Below, one piece after another: positions 32,151 to 42,161 of a DNA stretch of 64,000 nt. The stretch is from an uncultured Clostridium sp. (GTDB lineage Bacteria; Bacillota; Clostridia; TANB77; CAG-508): the NCBI GenBank assembly GCA_947427205.1, contig CANEHB010000005.1, forward strand, positions 5,289-69,288. Reading direction: 5' to 3'. A program made the translations under genes and the position numbers. How positions within the stretch are numbered: the first letter of the stretch is position 1; each line of letters begins with the position of its first letter. Below the pieces are notes generated by a model. It ran no database searches and was not told the DNA's origin. It saw nothing but the letters and a program-made list of their open reading frames with translations.

Positions 32151-32349
32151 ATATTAATAAGTCTTTTAAACTAAGATTTTGTATCTTAGTTTTTTTATTT
32201 TCTATAAAATTCTAAATATTCATTAAAATGGAAAACAAAATTCTATTCTATTAAAAATTATCATACCAGATAACTTTATTAGAATATAAAAAAAGAAATA
32301 TTATATAAAATATAAATCTTATATAATACTTCTTTTTTATGCAAACTTA

Positions 32350-32802
32350 CTAATCATTATTTTGTGTTGCATAATACCAAATAGCTGCAATAATAATTAC
32401 TGCTGCTACTACTAAAATAATCCACATCCAAGTTGTTGTTGACATTGCATCAAAGTTTGTTGTTACTCCTTGAGTTCCTTCTGTTGTTGTTCTAACTGCA
32501 TTATAATTACCACCTGCATTACTTCTATTTACAACACCATCATCAATATTCTTTGCATCATTTCCAATATTTTCTACACCATTTTTTACATTATTTACAC
32601 CATCTCTTACTGCATTACCTGCATCATTCACAGCATTACCTGAAACAACATTATTAATACTGTCTCCTGTTTTATCAATAGATTCCATTATTTCATTACC
32701 TAAATTAATTGAATTATTGTTACCTTCTGCTGCAAAACATGTTCCACAACATAGACAAAGGATTATTACAGCTAGTCCTACAAATAAACCTCTTTTTGCC
32801 AT
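32350..32802 (-). CDS. Small secreted Asn/Gly-rich repeat protein with a C-terminal TM anchor
   Basis: Signal peptide, imperfect GNAVNDAGNAVRDGVNNVKNGVENIGNDAKN repeats and a C-terminal TM segment. Confidence 0.45.
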   Translation of the reverse strand: MAKRGLFVGLAVIILCLCCGTCFAAEGNNNSINLGNEIMESIDKTGDSINNVVSGNAVNDAGNAVRDGVNNVKNGVENIGNDAKNIDDGVVNRSNAGGNYNAVRTTTEGTQGVTTNFDAMSTTTWMWIILVVAAVIIIAAIWYYATQNND

Positions 32803-32945
32803 AATCTTTCCTTTCTAATACTAGTTTCTTTGAATTTTTAAATTCTAAAGATAACTTCCTAAAAAAATTATATGAATTTCTTATTCATACATTTTTATTA
32901 TTAATCTTATAGCAAAAAATATTCTAACAATATTTGAAAAAGTCC

Positions 32946-33566
32946 TTATTTATTACTAATACTGATATTTGAAACTTCTATATTTAATTCTCTTTGTACA
33001 ATATTTTGAATTTGTGAAATTTGTTCTTGTGTTAATTTTGATGATTTAATAACTACACTAACTTTTCCATTATTTACTAAAATTATTACATTCTCAAATC
33101 CTTTATTTTTTATTAGATTTTCTGATATCATTATTCCATTTTTTACACTAGTTATATTTGAAATTTCTTGTGCTGCTATAGATTTCTGATCTTGTGGAGT
33201 TTCTGATGAATCTATAAGTTTTTGATATGTTTCTAACATTTCTGAATACATTCTATCTCGTTGTATTCTGCTTTCTTCAAAATAATTGTCTATATTTTCT
33301 TCTTTTATAGTACTATTATCATCATTAACTATTTGATTAGTAATATCTAATTCTGCATTTGAAACAATTGCTCCACTATTTTCTATAGGTTCACTATTTA
33401 CTAATTCTACATCTCCTAAATTAATATCATTCCTTGTTCTACTTGATACTTCTATACTATTATTTTGGTCATAATTATAATTCAAATATCCCACTAATAT
33501 TAAAGAAAAGGCTATACATGATAATATTATTTGTTTTATTCTTTCTTTATTAAATTTCAAAATCAT
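32946..33566 (-). CDS. spoIIIAH: Stage III sporulation protein AH
   Basis: Last gene of an eight-gene spoIIIA-like array. It has an N-terminal TM segment and a soluble domain. Confidence 0.75.
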   Translation of the reverse strand: MILKFNKERIKQIILSCIAFSLILVGYLNYNYDQNNSIEVSSRTRNDINLGDVELVNSEPIENSGAIVSNAELDITNQIVNDDNSTIKEENIDNYFEESRIQRDRMYSEMLETYQKLIDSSETPQDQKSIAAQEISNITSVKNGIMISENLIKNKGFENVIILVNNGKVSVVIKSSKLTQEQISQIQNIVQRELNIEVSNISISNK

Positions 33567-34150
33567 TCATCTCCCATCTCAAAAACTTGTATTTTATGAT
33601 TTGCCACTCCTGTTACAGCTTCAACAGCCGCAATTATATTACTCTTAATAGTTGCATCTTTTGCTCCTTCTGCTGTTACTATTGCTCCTTCTATGCTTGG
33701 CATAACTATTTTTTCTGTTACAACATTTGAATTTGAATCTTTTATAACATCTTTTTGATTATTTTCTGTTTCAGTCGTTCTAGTTCCCCCTGATGTATCT
33801 GTTTCCTGAGTTGTACTTGTGCTTGAACTTATATTATATATTGGTACAAATGAACTACTTTCTTTATATGTAAGAAGCACCGAAACCTTGCCAACACCAT
33901 CAATTTTAGTTAAAATATTTTCTAATCTTTTTTCTAGTTCATTACTCAAATTATTTTCTTTTATATTTATATTTTCACTAGAAGCAAGTTCAACTCCTAT
34001 TTCATTTTTATAATCCTCATTTGGAGATTCATCTCCTTTTAATATCTTATTTATTACTATTAAAGTTATTACTAATATTATCAAAAAAGAAATTAGATTT
34101 TCTACTCTTTTTTCTTTGTTATTAAACATATTTTTTAATTTCTCAATCAT
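33563..34150 (-). CDS. spoIIIAG: Stage III sporulation protein AG
   Basis: Position in the operon, an N-terminal TM segment, and the C-terminal motif IEGAIVTAEGA. The ORF is open to 34198, but only ATG 34150 has an RBS-like AAAGGAA. Confidence 0.8.
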   Translation of the reverse strand: MIEKLKNMFNNKEKRVENLISFLIILVITLIVINKILKGDESPNEDYKNEIGVELASSENINIKENNLSNELEKRLENILTKIDGVGKVSVLLTYKESSSFVPIYNISSSTSTTQETDTSGGTRTTETENNQKDVIKDSNSNVVTEKIVMPSIEGAIVTAEGAKDATIKSNIIAAVEAVTGVANHKIQVFEMGDE

Positions 34151-34202
34151 AATAAAATACGTTCCTTTCTTGCTTTTATTAAAAAACAGCCTATACATAA
34201 TT

Positions 34203-34718
34203 TTATTTAAAAACTATTTTATCTTCTGATACTGAATAATTCTCTACTAAATGTGCTATAATATTAGTATATTTAAAATCTGACTTATTTTCTTTATTTC
34301 CTATAATAATTGGTTCAATTTGCTCTATTTTATCTTGTCCCTCTTTAACTGATAGCTCTATTTTTTCAATATTTTCATAATTTGAATCTACATTTATGGA
34401 TACACTTTTTACAATATATCCCATTTCTTCAATTTCCTGTTTTATACTTTCCTGTATACCAATCACATACACATCTCTCATATTGCTATCCAAACTTGTT
34501 GATACTGGAACTTCTTCAAATCCAAAAAAATCTTCAAATTTAATATCATAATTTAGTATTTCCAAAATAGGATTTAATACAACAAACATAACATATATTC
34601 CAATTACAACTTTTACATATTTTTTGTTTTTTCCTTCTGGAAGGAGCATTTCAATTATTATCGAAATAATAATTGCTATTATAATTCCTTCACACCAAAC
34701 TTTAATTTTTAAAATCAT
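34203..34718 (-). CDS. spoIIIAF: Stage III sporulation protein AF
   Basis: Two N-terminal TM segments, 171 aa, and its position in the operon. Confidence 0.8.
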   Translation of the reverse strand: MILKIKVWCEGIIIAIIISIIIEMLLPEGKNKKYVKVVIGIYVMFVVLNPILEILNYDIKFEDFFGFEEVPVSTSLDSNMRDVYVIGIQESIKQEIEEMGYIVKSVSINVDSNYENIEKIELSVKEGQDKIEQIEPIIIGNKENKSDFKYTNIIAHLVENYSVSEDKIVFK

Positions 34719-34729
34719 TTTAAAATTCC

Positions 34730-35806
34730 CTATCTATACATTAATGCACTATTTGTAATTTTTATAACTATTGTTATTCCAATAATAAACATTACAGAAA
34801 CCGAAATTAAAATTGCCATTAATATTTTATAGCTATCTGATATTTGATCTATTAATTTAACTATTTTACCATCTGCAACAATTTCACACACACTAGATGT
34901 TAATCTAAATGAAAACCATAAAATACCCATTTTTATAATTGGGATAAGTACAATTCCAATTATTATTATTACTCCAATTATTCCCACTGAATTTTTCAAT
35001 ATATTTGAACAACCAATAACACTATCTACTGTATCTCCCATTATTTTTCCAACAACTGGTATAAATGTAGATACTGTTGCTTTAGCAGTTTTAGCTGTAA
35101 GTCCATCTACTGAACTTGATAAGTTTCCTTCTAAAGATAATGTACATGTAAAAATTGTTAATATAATTCCTAAAGACCATACAATAGAAGATTTTAAAAA
35201 TTTTGATAACCTATCTATTTGTATTTTATCTGAAAAATTAGATACTATTGATATAGTTATTGATATTAATAAAATTGGTATTAAAAATGAGTTAATAAAA
35301 TTTCCTATAAAACTCATCAAAAATAATAATATTGGTTCTACCATACTTGTTGTTACTAAAGAACCTGTTGTAAGCATTAAAGTTGTCATTAATGGGATAA
35401 GTAAATTCATAAAATTAATTACATTAGTTATCGCTTCTCTTGTTATACTTAGAATTGAAACAAAACTATTAATAACTACAGTAGTAATTATTAAATATTG
35501 TACAAAATATACTACATTACTTGCTGTGGAATTTCCTAAGTTTTCTATAATAGCTTTAAAAATACTATGTATAATAATTATTATTAATACACTAACCATT
35601 AAATTTACTGCTGCATGAATTTCTGATGTAAAAATTTTTCCTATATTTGTATAAGAAAAAATATTTCCAACATCACCTGTAATACTATCTGAAAATAATT
35701 TCATTATATCTAAATCAGGAAATGCATTTGATGTATAATCTTTAGCAGAATTTAAAAACTCATTGATTCCTAAAGCATTAGTTTGAGAATTTATAATTTC
35801 TTCCAT
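34730..35806 (-). CDS. spoIIIAE: Stage III sporulation protein AE
   Basis: 358-aa polytopic membrane protein in the expected operon position. Confidence 0.9.
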   Translation of the reverse strand: MEEIINSQTNALGINEFLNSAKDYTSNAFPDLDIMKLFSDSITGDVGNIFSYTNIGKIFTSEIHAAVNLMVSVLIIIIIHSIFKAIIENLGNSTASNVVYFVQYLIITTVVINSFVSILSITREAITNVINFMNLLIPLMTTLMLTTGSLVTTSMVEPILLFLMSFIGNFINSFLIPILLISITISIVSNFSDKIQIDRLSKFLKSSIVWSLGIILTIFTCTLSLEGNLSSSVDGLTAKTAKATVSTFIPVVGKIMGDTVDSVIGCSNILKNSVGIIGVIIIIGIVLIPIIKMGILWFSFRLTSSVCEIVADGKIVKLIDQISDSYKILMAILISVSVMFIIGITIVIKITNSALMYR

Positions 35807-35896
35807 AAATACTAATCTTCCTTTTTATATTCATAAATTTAAATACTAATTCAATATCTAATAATATAAATTACTATAGCAATCATTAAAATATCT

Positions 35897-36283
35897 TTAT
35901 GGCAATAATTTTGTAAGTGTAGTTAATGTAGTCTGCATTACTGGAATAGATAAAGATATAACAATAACTTTTCCTCCAAAATCTATTTTGTTTGCTATCG
36001 AATTTTCTCCAGAATCTTTACATATACTAACAGCATATTCTGTTAAAATTGATATTCCTGTAATTTTAAGTAAAAGAGAAATAAACTCACTATTATAATT
36101 TTGATTATTTGATAAAGTATTTATAAAATCTATAATAGATTTTATAGTATCCATAGAATAAAATATTATTATTAGTCCACCAATTAACACAGCATATATT
36201 GCATATTCTTTTTTATATTCCTTCAAAATTATCGTTATTATCAAGGTAAAAAAACCAATTCCTATAACTTTAACAATATCCAT
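35897..36283 (-). CDS. spoIIIAD: Stage III sporulation protein AD
   Basis: 128-aa membrane protein sharing 1 nt with the spoIIIAC stop. Confidence 0.9.
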   Translation of the reverse strand: MDIVKVIGIGFFTLIITIILKEYKKEYAIYAVLIGGLIIIFYSMDTIKSIIDFINTLSNNQNYNSEFISLLLKITGISILTEYAVSICKDSGENSIANKIDFGGKVIVISLSIPVMQTTLTTLTKLLP

Positions 36284-36477
36284 TATAAATTAAACACCGT
36301 CCTTACAGTTTCAAATAATGTACTAATTTCTTTTACAACAACTGTAAGTACAATTACCATTCCTGCAAGCGTTGTCATCATTGCTTGATCATCTCTACCT
36401 GCCTTTGTTAAAATTTGATGTAAGACCGCAATTAAAATACCTATTCCTGCAATTTTAAATAATAAGTCTATATTCAT
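36283..36477 (-). CDS. spoIIIAC: Stage III sporulation protein AC
   Basis: 64-aa protein with two TM segments. Confidence 0.9.
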   Translation of the reverse strand: MNIDLLFKIAGIGILIAVLHQILTKAGRDDQAMMTTLAGMVIVLTVVVKEISTLFETVRTVFNL

Positions 36478-36492
36478 AATAAACTATCCTTT

Positions 36493-36996
36493 CTATATTA
36501 AAATTATACAAATTCCAATTCCACAAATTACTCCCATTGTTTTATATAGTTTTGAATTTTTAATTTTTTCTAATTCTGCTTTTTCTATCTGTTTTTCTAT
36601 TAAACTTTTGGTTAATTCTATTTCATTTACTTGTCCCTCAATATCCGTTTTTCCTAGTAATTTCCCCATCATTTTTATTATTTCTATATCTTCTTTTGTA
36701 AAATCTTTTTTTATTTTATCTGCGCCTTCATTCCAAGAAACATATATATTTCTCTGATTCTTTATTGTATATAAAAATATATTTTCTTCATCTTTATATA
36801 TAACTTTTGAGATTTCTTCAAAAATATTTTTTATTGGCTCATGTGTAAATTCTATTTTCGTCTTAAACATAACTAAAGCATTTTGAAACTTAGACAGCTC
36901 TGATACTCTATTTTCAAAAGTCTTTGCTTTTATAATTCCTAAATATGAACATATTACTATTACTCCTATTAAACTTAATCCTTTTAAAAATAACAT
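36493..36996 (-). CDS. spoIIIAB: Stage III sporulation protein AB
   Basis: 167 aa with TM segments at both ends, in the expected operon position. Confidence 0.85.
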   Translation of the reverse strand: MLFLKGLSLIGVIVICSYLGIIKAKTFENRVSELSKFQNALVMFKTKIEFTHEPIKNIFEEISKVIYKDEENIFLYTIKNQRNIYVSWNEGADKIKKDFTKEDIEIIKMMGKLLGKTDIEGQVNEIELTKSLIEKQIEKAELEKIKNSKLYKTMGVICGIGICIILI

Positions 36997-37129
36997 ATTA
37001 CTCCTTCATTTATACATAGCTTGTCTTCTAAACATTGTAATTTTAAATATTTTATACTTAAAATATATATATTCAAATAAAATATTTTTAGAACAAAAAA
37101 TGAAGTATAAAATTATAAATTTTATTACT

Positions 37130-38086
37130 TCATCTTGTTACATACATACTACTATCTTTTAAATTATATATTTCATAATTTAAACTCTTTTTATTTAATA
37201 AATATACTTCTTTTATTTCTCCTCTTTTTTTGCTATCTAAAAAAATTATTATCTCAAATAAATGCCTATCTATTAAATTTTTTAATACAGGATTTACAAT
37301 TATATCTTCAAAGTTATATCCATGTGCTGTAAAAATTCCTTTACAACCAGAACAAACTGAAAAATTAATTGCATCAATATCATCTTTATTTCCTATTTCA
37401 TCAGCAACTATAACTTGTGGTGCCATAGATCTAATTAACATTTTCATACCAGTAGCTTTCGATACATTTTCAATAACATCTGTTTTTATTCCAATATCAT
37501 TTTGTGGCACTCCTTTATATAAATTTGCAATTTCACCTCTTTCATCAACTACTCCAACATTTAATCCTTCAAAATTCTTAAATTTAATACCATTTGAAAC
37601 TTGTCTAACTATATCTTTTAAAAGTGTTGTTTTTCCACTTCCTGGTGGAGAAACAATTATTGTATTATATATAGTATTATTTTTTAAATCTAATATATAT
37701 TCTAGTATTTCTTTACTACATTCTTTAATCTCTCTTGAAATTCTAAAATTTAAGCTATTTATGTAATTTATATTTATTATTTTCCCATTTTCTATAACAC
37801 ATGAACCAGTTATCCCGACTCTATGTCCACCTTTTAGTGTAACAAATCCTTCTGAAATTTGCTTTTGATATGAATAAATAGAATTTTCACATATTGCTTG
37901 TAATATATCTAAAATTTCTTCACTATTCACTAAATATCTAGTTATTTGCTCGAATTCATTAAATTTTAAAATTACAGGCTTGTTTACTCTTATTCTAATT
38001 TCTTCTAAAAATTCTTTTTTTTCTTTAATTTGCTCATTAATAGCATTTTGTAATTTATCTGGAAAATACTTTAAAATACTATTCAT
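37130..38086 (-). CDS. spoIIIAA: Stage III sporulation protein AA (ATPase)
   Basis: Walker A VSPPGSGKTTLLKD and Walker B VIVADEIG. It is the first gene of the operon. Confidence 0.9.
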   Translation of the reverse strand: MNSILKYFPDKLQNAINEQIKEKKEFLEEIRIRVNKPVILKFNEFEQITRYLVNSEEILDILQAICENSIYSYQKQISEGFVTLKGGHRVGITGSCVIENGKIININYINSLNFRISREIKECSKEILEYILDLKNNTIYNTIIVSPPGSGKTTLLKDIVRQVSNGIKFKNFEGLNVGVVDERGEIANLYKGVPQNDIGIKTDVIENVSKATGMKMLIRSMAPQVIVADEIGNKDDIDAINFSVCSGCKGIFTAHGYNFEDIIVNPVLKNLIDRHLFEIIIFLDSKKRGEIKEVYLLNKKSLNYEIYNLKDSSMYVTR

Positions 38087-38258
38087 TTTTTTCCTCTTTT
38101 CTTGTGTACTTAAAAAATATATATTCTCAAATAATAATTTTAGAACAAAAAATAGTTATTACTTAAATTTTAATTTAAGTAATAACTATTTTTATATAAT
38201 AGAAAATATATTAAATATCATTTATATTTATTTTGTACTTTTAATTATTTACTATATT

Positions 38259-39008
38259 CTATTTTTTCCAATTAAGAATCTGATTTGTATAAGTTACTTC
38301 TTTTTCTGGTTCTTCTTCTACATTTTTTTCTTGTTTATTTTTCTTAAAAAATCCTATTTTTTTCTTTTCTTGTTCTTTAGGAGTACTCTCTTTTGAACGT
38401 GCTATCGCTTCTTCAACAGATAATGTTTTTTCAAAATCAATAATATTTTTTAGTGGCAATTTATATATTCCTTCAACATACATATCTTTTCTTGATATGG
38501 TGTGACTTTTTGCATATTGCTCATATATTTCAATTATTTTTTTATCTTTTCTACTTAATGCTGTTTTATCTTCTTCTAAATATTTATATCTCCAAATTAC
38601 ATGACGTTCATATGATCCAAATGGAGATTTTTTTAAGTCTTCATAATCAAATTCAATCTTAAATTGAAAATTTTCTATTGAAATACTTATATTACTCCAA
38701 ACTTTTTTCTTTGTTTTTATAAAACGTTCACGTAATAATTTTATTAAATTATATACATCAGTAATTAATTTTGAATATTGTTCTTCATCAATATTAAATA
38801 TATTTGGTATTTCATAACCATTAACAAATTTCTTTTTTATTATTCCCTTTGGCAAATAATAGAAATACATTTCACCAACTGGTTTTTGATTTGGCATATC
38901 AATTACTGAAGCATATAAAAATATACTTTCCCACTTTTCTGGAATTATATAAAATAACTTTTTTTGTATTTCTGAATACAATATTTTTTCTTCTGGTAAA
39001 CTTATCAT
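38259..39008 (-). CDS. DUF600/YezG-like immunity-type protein with a ~100-aa charged C-terminal extension
   Basis: The N-terminal 150 aa show the DUF600 pattern IIPEKWESIFLYASV...GEMYFYY...FKIEFDYEDL...HVIWRYKYL. Confidence 0.55.
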   Translation of the reverse strand: MISLPEEKILYSEIQKKLFYIIPEKWESIFLYASVIDMPNQKPVGEMYFYYLPKGIIKKKFVNGYEIPNIFNIDEEQYSKLITDVYNLIKLLRERFIKTKKKVWSNISISIENFQFKIEFDYEDLKKSPFGSYERHVIWRYKYLEEDKTALSRKDKKIIEIYEQYAKSHTISRKDMYVEGIYKLPLKNIIDFEKTLSVEEAIARSKESTPKEQEKKKIGFFKKNKQEKNVEEEPEKEVTYTNQILNWKK

Positions 39009-39088
39009 AAATATCTCCTAAAACTAAGATTTATCTATATTTGAAATTTAAATTAGCAATTTCTAACTTTATAGGATTCTATATATAA

Positions 39089-40624
39089 TTAATTTTCTAT
39101 TAAGCTTTCTCCTGTCATTTCTTCAGGTTTTTCAATTCCCATTATATCTAACATTGTTGGTGCTAGATCTGCTAAACGTCCTTCTTTTAATTTTTTATTG
39201 CTTGGCATACCAACTATTGCAAGTGGTACAGGATTTGTTGTATGTGCTGTATGTGGTTCTCCTGTTTTATAATCAATCATTTGCTCTGCATTTCCATGAT
39301 CAGCTGTTATTAATAAAACACCATTTACTTCATTTATTGCTGATACTACTTTTATAACACATTCATCAATAGTTTCTAATGCTTTTACAGCTGCTTCTAC
39401 GCTTCCAGTATGACCTACCATATCTGGATTTGCAAAATTTAATATTATTGAATCATATTTTTCAGATTTAATTGCTTCAACAACTTTTTCTGTTACTTCA
39501 TAAGCACTCATTTCTGGTTTTAAATCATATGTTTCAACTTTAGGAGATGGTACTAATATTCTATCTTCTCCTTCATATTGTTTTTCTTCTCCACCATTAA
39601 AGAAAAATGTTACATGTGCATATTTTTCTGTTTCTGCAATTCTTAATTGCTTTAACCCTTTTTTACTTATATATTCTCCAAAAGTATTTTTAATTTCTTC
39701 TTTTTTATAAGCTATATTTACATTTGGCATTGTCTCATCATATGGGGTCATGCAAACAAAATAAGTATTTAATTTTTTTGTTTCAAATCCATCAAAATCT
39801 TTATCTACTATACTTCTAGTAATTTCTCTTGCTCTATCTGGTCTGAAATTAAAAAATATTACTGAATCTCCATCTTCTATTTGGGCTACTGGTTCTCCAT
39901 TTTTATTAGTAATTACTGTTGGTTTAACAAATTCATCAAAAGTCTCTTTTTGATATGATTCTTCTATAGCTGATATTGCAGATGTATATTTTTCGCCTTC
40001 TCCATTTACAATAGCATTATATGCTTGACTTACTCTTTCCCATCTTTTATCTCTATCCATAGCATAGAAACGTCCAGATATTGTAGCTATTTGACCTACA
40101 CCTTTTTCTTTTATTTTTTCTTCTAGTTCTGAAATATATCCTTCTCCTGAAGCTGGTGGTGTATCTCTACCATCCATAAAACAATGTATATAAACATTTT
40201 CAAAATCTTTTCTTTTAGCAAGTTCTAATAATGCATATAAATGACGATTATGACTATGAACTCCTCCATCTGATAATAATCCTAAAATGTGTAATTTTGA
40301 ATTATTCTTTTTACAATTTTCTATTGCTTTTACAAATTCAGGAACACTAAAGAAGTCTCCATCTTCTATAGCTTTTGTTATTTTAGCCAAATCTTGATAT
40401 ACTATTCTTCCTGCTCCTATGTTTGTATGACCAACTTCTGAATTTCCCATTTGTCCTTCTGGTAATCCAACTTCTAATCCACTTGTATGGATGATTGTAT
40501 TAGGATTCTTTTGTAGAATTTCATCTAAATTAGGTGTATTTGCTAATTTTACAGAGTTTCCTTCTGTTTTTTCATTAACTCCAAATCCATCTAATATCAT
40601 TAACATTGTTAATTTTTTACTCAT
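39089..40624 (-). CDS. gpmI: 2,3-bisphosphoglycerate-independent phosphoglycerate mutase
   Basis: 511 aa with MILDGFG, GNSEVGH and ITADHGNAE. Confidence 0.95.
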   Translation of the reverse strand: MSKKLTMLMILDGFGVNEKTEGNSVKLANTPNLDEILQKNPNTIIHTSGLEVGLPEGQMGNSEVGHTNIGAGRIVYQDLAKITKAIEDGDFFSVPEFVKAIENCKKNNSKLHILGLLSDGGVHSHNRHLYALLELAKRKDFENVYIHCFMDGRDTPPASGEGYISELEEKIKEKGVGQIATISGRFYAMDRDKRWERVSQAYNAIVNGEGEKYTSAISAIEESYQKETFDEFVKPTVITNKNGEPVAQIEDGDSVIFFNFRPDRAREITRSIVDKDFDGFETKKLNTYFVCMTPYDETMPNVNIAYKKEEIKNTFGEYISKKGLKQLRIAETEKYAHVTFFFNGGEEKQYEGEDRILVPSPKVETYDLKPEMSAYEVTEKVVEAIKSEKYDSIILNFANPDMVGHTGSVEAAVKALETIDECVIKVVSAINEVNGVLLITADHGNAEQMIDYKTGEPHTAHTTNPVPLAIVGMPSNKKLKEGRLADLAPTMLDIMGIEKPEEMTGESLIEN

Positions 40625-40666
40625 ATTTTTTCACACTTTCTCTAATTTTATATAAAGTACTATAGC

Positions 40667-41419
40667 TTATGCATCATAATTTACTATTTTACTGAATTCA
40701 TCTGGCTTTAAGCTTGCTCCACCAACTAATCCACCATCTATATCTGATGTTTCAAATAATTCTTTTGCATTAGAAGATTTTACACTTCCACCATATTGAA
40801 TAATAACTTCACTTGATACTTCTTCTCCATAAATTCTTTTAATTTCTTCTCTTATTGATTTTATAGAGTTATTAGCATCTTCTGATGTTGCTGTTTTTCC
40901 AGTTCCTATAGCCCATATTGGTTCATATGCAATTATTGTATTTTTTACTTGTTCTTTTGTTAATCCATCTAAAGCTAATCTTGTTTGTGTAGTAATAATT
41001 TCTTCAGTTTTTCCAGCTTCTCTTTCTTCTAAAGTTTCACCTACACAAACTATAGGTTTTAATTCACATTCAAAAGCTGTTTTTATTTTTTTATTTACAG
41101 TTTCGTCTGTTTCATTGTAATATTGTCTTCTCTCTGAGTGTCCTATAATTACATATTCAACACCAATAGATTTTAACATTTTACCAGATATTTCTCCTGT
41201 ATATGCTCCTGTTTCAGCAAAATGCATATTTTGTGCACCTATTTTTATATTAGTTCCTTGTGCATTCATTAAACAATAAAATAAATCTGTATAAGGTACA
41301 CATAAAATTACTTCTGCTTTTGAGTCTTTTACCATAGGTTCAAAATTTTGAATATAATCAATTGCTTCATTTGGAAGCATATTCATTTTCCAGTTTCCAG
41401 CTATTACTTTTTTTCTCAT
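40667..41419 (-). CDS. tpiA: Triosephosphate isomerase
   Basis: AGNWKMN, IIGHSERR and AYEPIWAIGTG motifs. Confidence 0.95.
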   Translation of the reverse strand: MRKKVIAGNWKMNMLPNEAIDYIQNFEPMVKDSKAEVILCVPYTDLFYCLMNAQGTNIKIGAQNMHFAETGAYTGEISGKMLKSIGVEYVIIGHSERRQYYNETDETVNKKIKTAFECELKPIVCVGETLEEREAGKTEEIITTQTRLALDGLTKEQVKNTIIAYEPIWAIGTGKTATSEDANNSIKSIREEIKRIYGEEVSSEVIIQYGGSVKSSNAKELFETSDIDGGLVGGASLKPDEFSKIVNYDA

Positions 41420-41443
41420 ATCTTCATCTCCTTAAATAAATTT

Positions 41444-42130
41444 TTATTTCCAATCTCTTAAATATTCTTCTACACTAATAGCGTGCTCGCCTATAATTGC
41501 TTTATCTAAATTTTCAAAAATTCTTTCATAAATATCTTTATTTTCCTCAGTATAAGGAAATCTAAACATAGATGCTCTTATTGCATTTTTTACATCTTCT
41601 TTATCAACCCATGCAAGATTAGCTACTGCTGACTCATTTGCCATTATGCTTTCTTTACTATCAACTAAAAATGCATAAACTGTTGCAAAACAACGTAAAT
41701 TCATTTTTTCATGCTTTTTTGAAAAATCTACTTTTACTCTTCCTAAAAAATTAAGTTTATCTACAATTTCTGAATTAGTATATCCAAACATTCCAACTTC
41801 TTCGTGCATTTCTCTTGCCATTGTAGTTTTAGAAATTTCTCCATATCTTACATGACCAGAAACTGTATCAAGCATTCCTGCATCTATTTCATCTTTTCCT
41901 CTAAGTTCAACTGCAATTTTTCCATCAGAAGGATCAACTATAAAACATGTTACACATTCTATCCAAGGATGAACTTTTCTACCATTATATGATAATGTAT
42001 TTATTCTGCCATATAGTCCTTTACTAATAATTCCTATTGGTTCTTTTTCTTCAGTATAAAGTATAATTTTTTCTTTATCTTTTAAATTCTTATCTTCTGA
42101 ATTTATAATTACATTATCTAAGTTTTCCAT
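41444..42130 (-). CDS. NUDIX-family hydrolase embedded between pgk and tpiA
   Basis: Exact NUDIX box Gx5Ex7REUxEExGU: GHVRYGEISKTTMAREMHEEVGM. Gaps to the neighbouring genes are 31 nt and 24 nt. Confidence 0.75.
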   Translation of the reverse strand: MENLDNVIINSEDKNLKDKEKIILYTEEKEPIGIISKGLYGRINTLSYNGRKVHPWIECVTCFIVDPSDGKIAVELRGKDEIDAGMLDTVSGHVRYGEISKTTMAREMHEEVGMFGYTNSEIVDKLNFLGRVKVDFSKKHEKMNLRCFATVYAFLVDSKESIMANESAVANLAWVDKEDVKNAIRASMFRFPYTEENKDIYERIFENLDKAIIGEHAISVEEYLRDWK

Positions 42131-42161
42131 TTTGAATTTTTCTTTCTACATCCTTTTTATA

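Noticed and set aside
37230-38396. Long plus-strand ORFs lie antisense to spoIIIAA (37230..37766, 37980..38396). Similar antisense ORFs occur elsewhere, for example 52761..53321, 6381..6779, 8214..8603, 13074..13382 and 28385..28717.
   Set aside because: They have low-complexity L/F/I/S-rich translations and no RBS. Each is fully overlapped by a conserved gene on the other strand, which is the expected behaviour of stop-poor antisense frames in AT-rich DNA.
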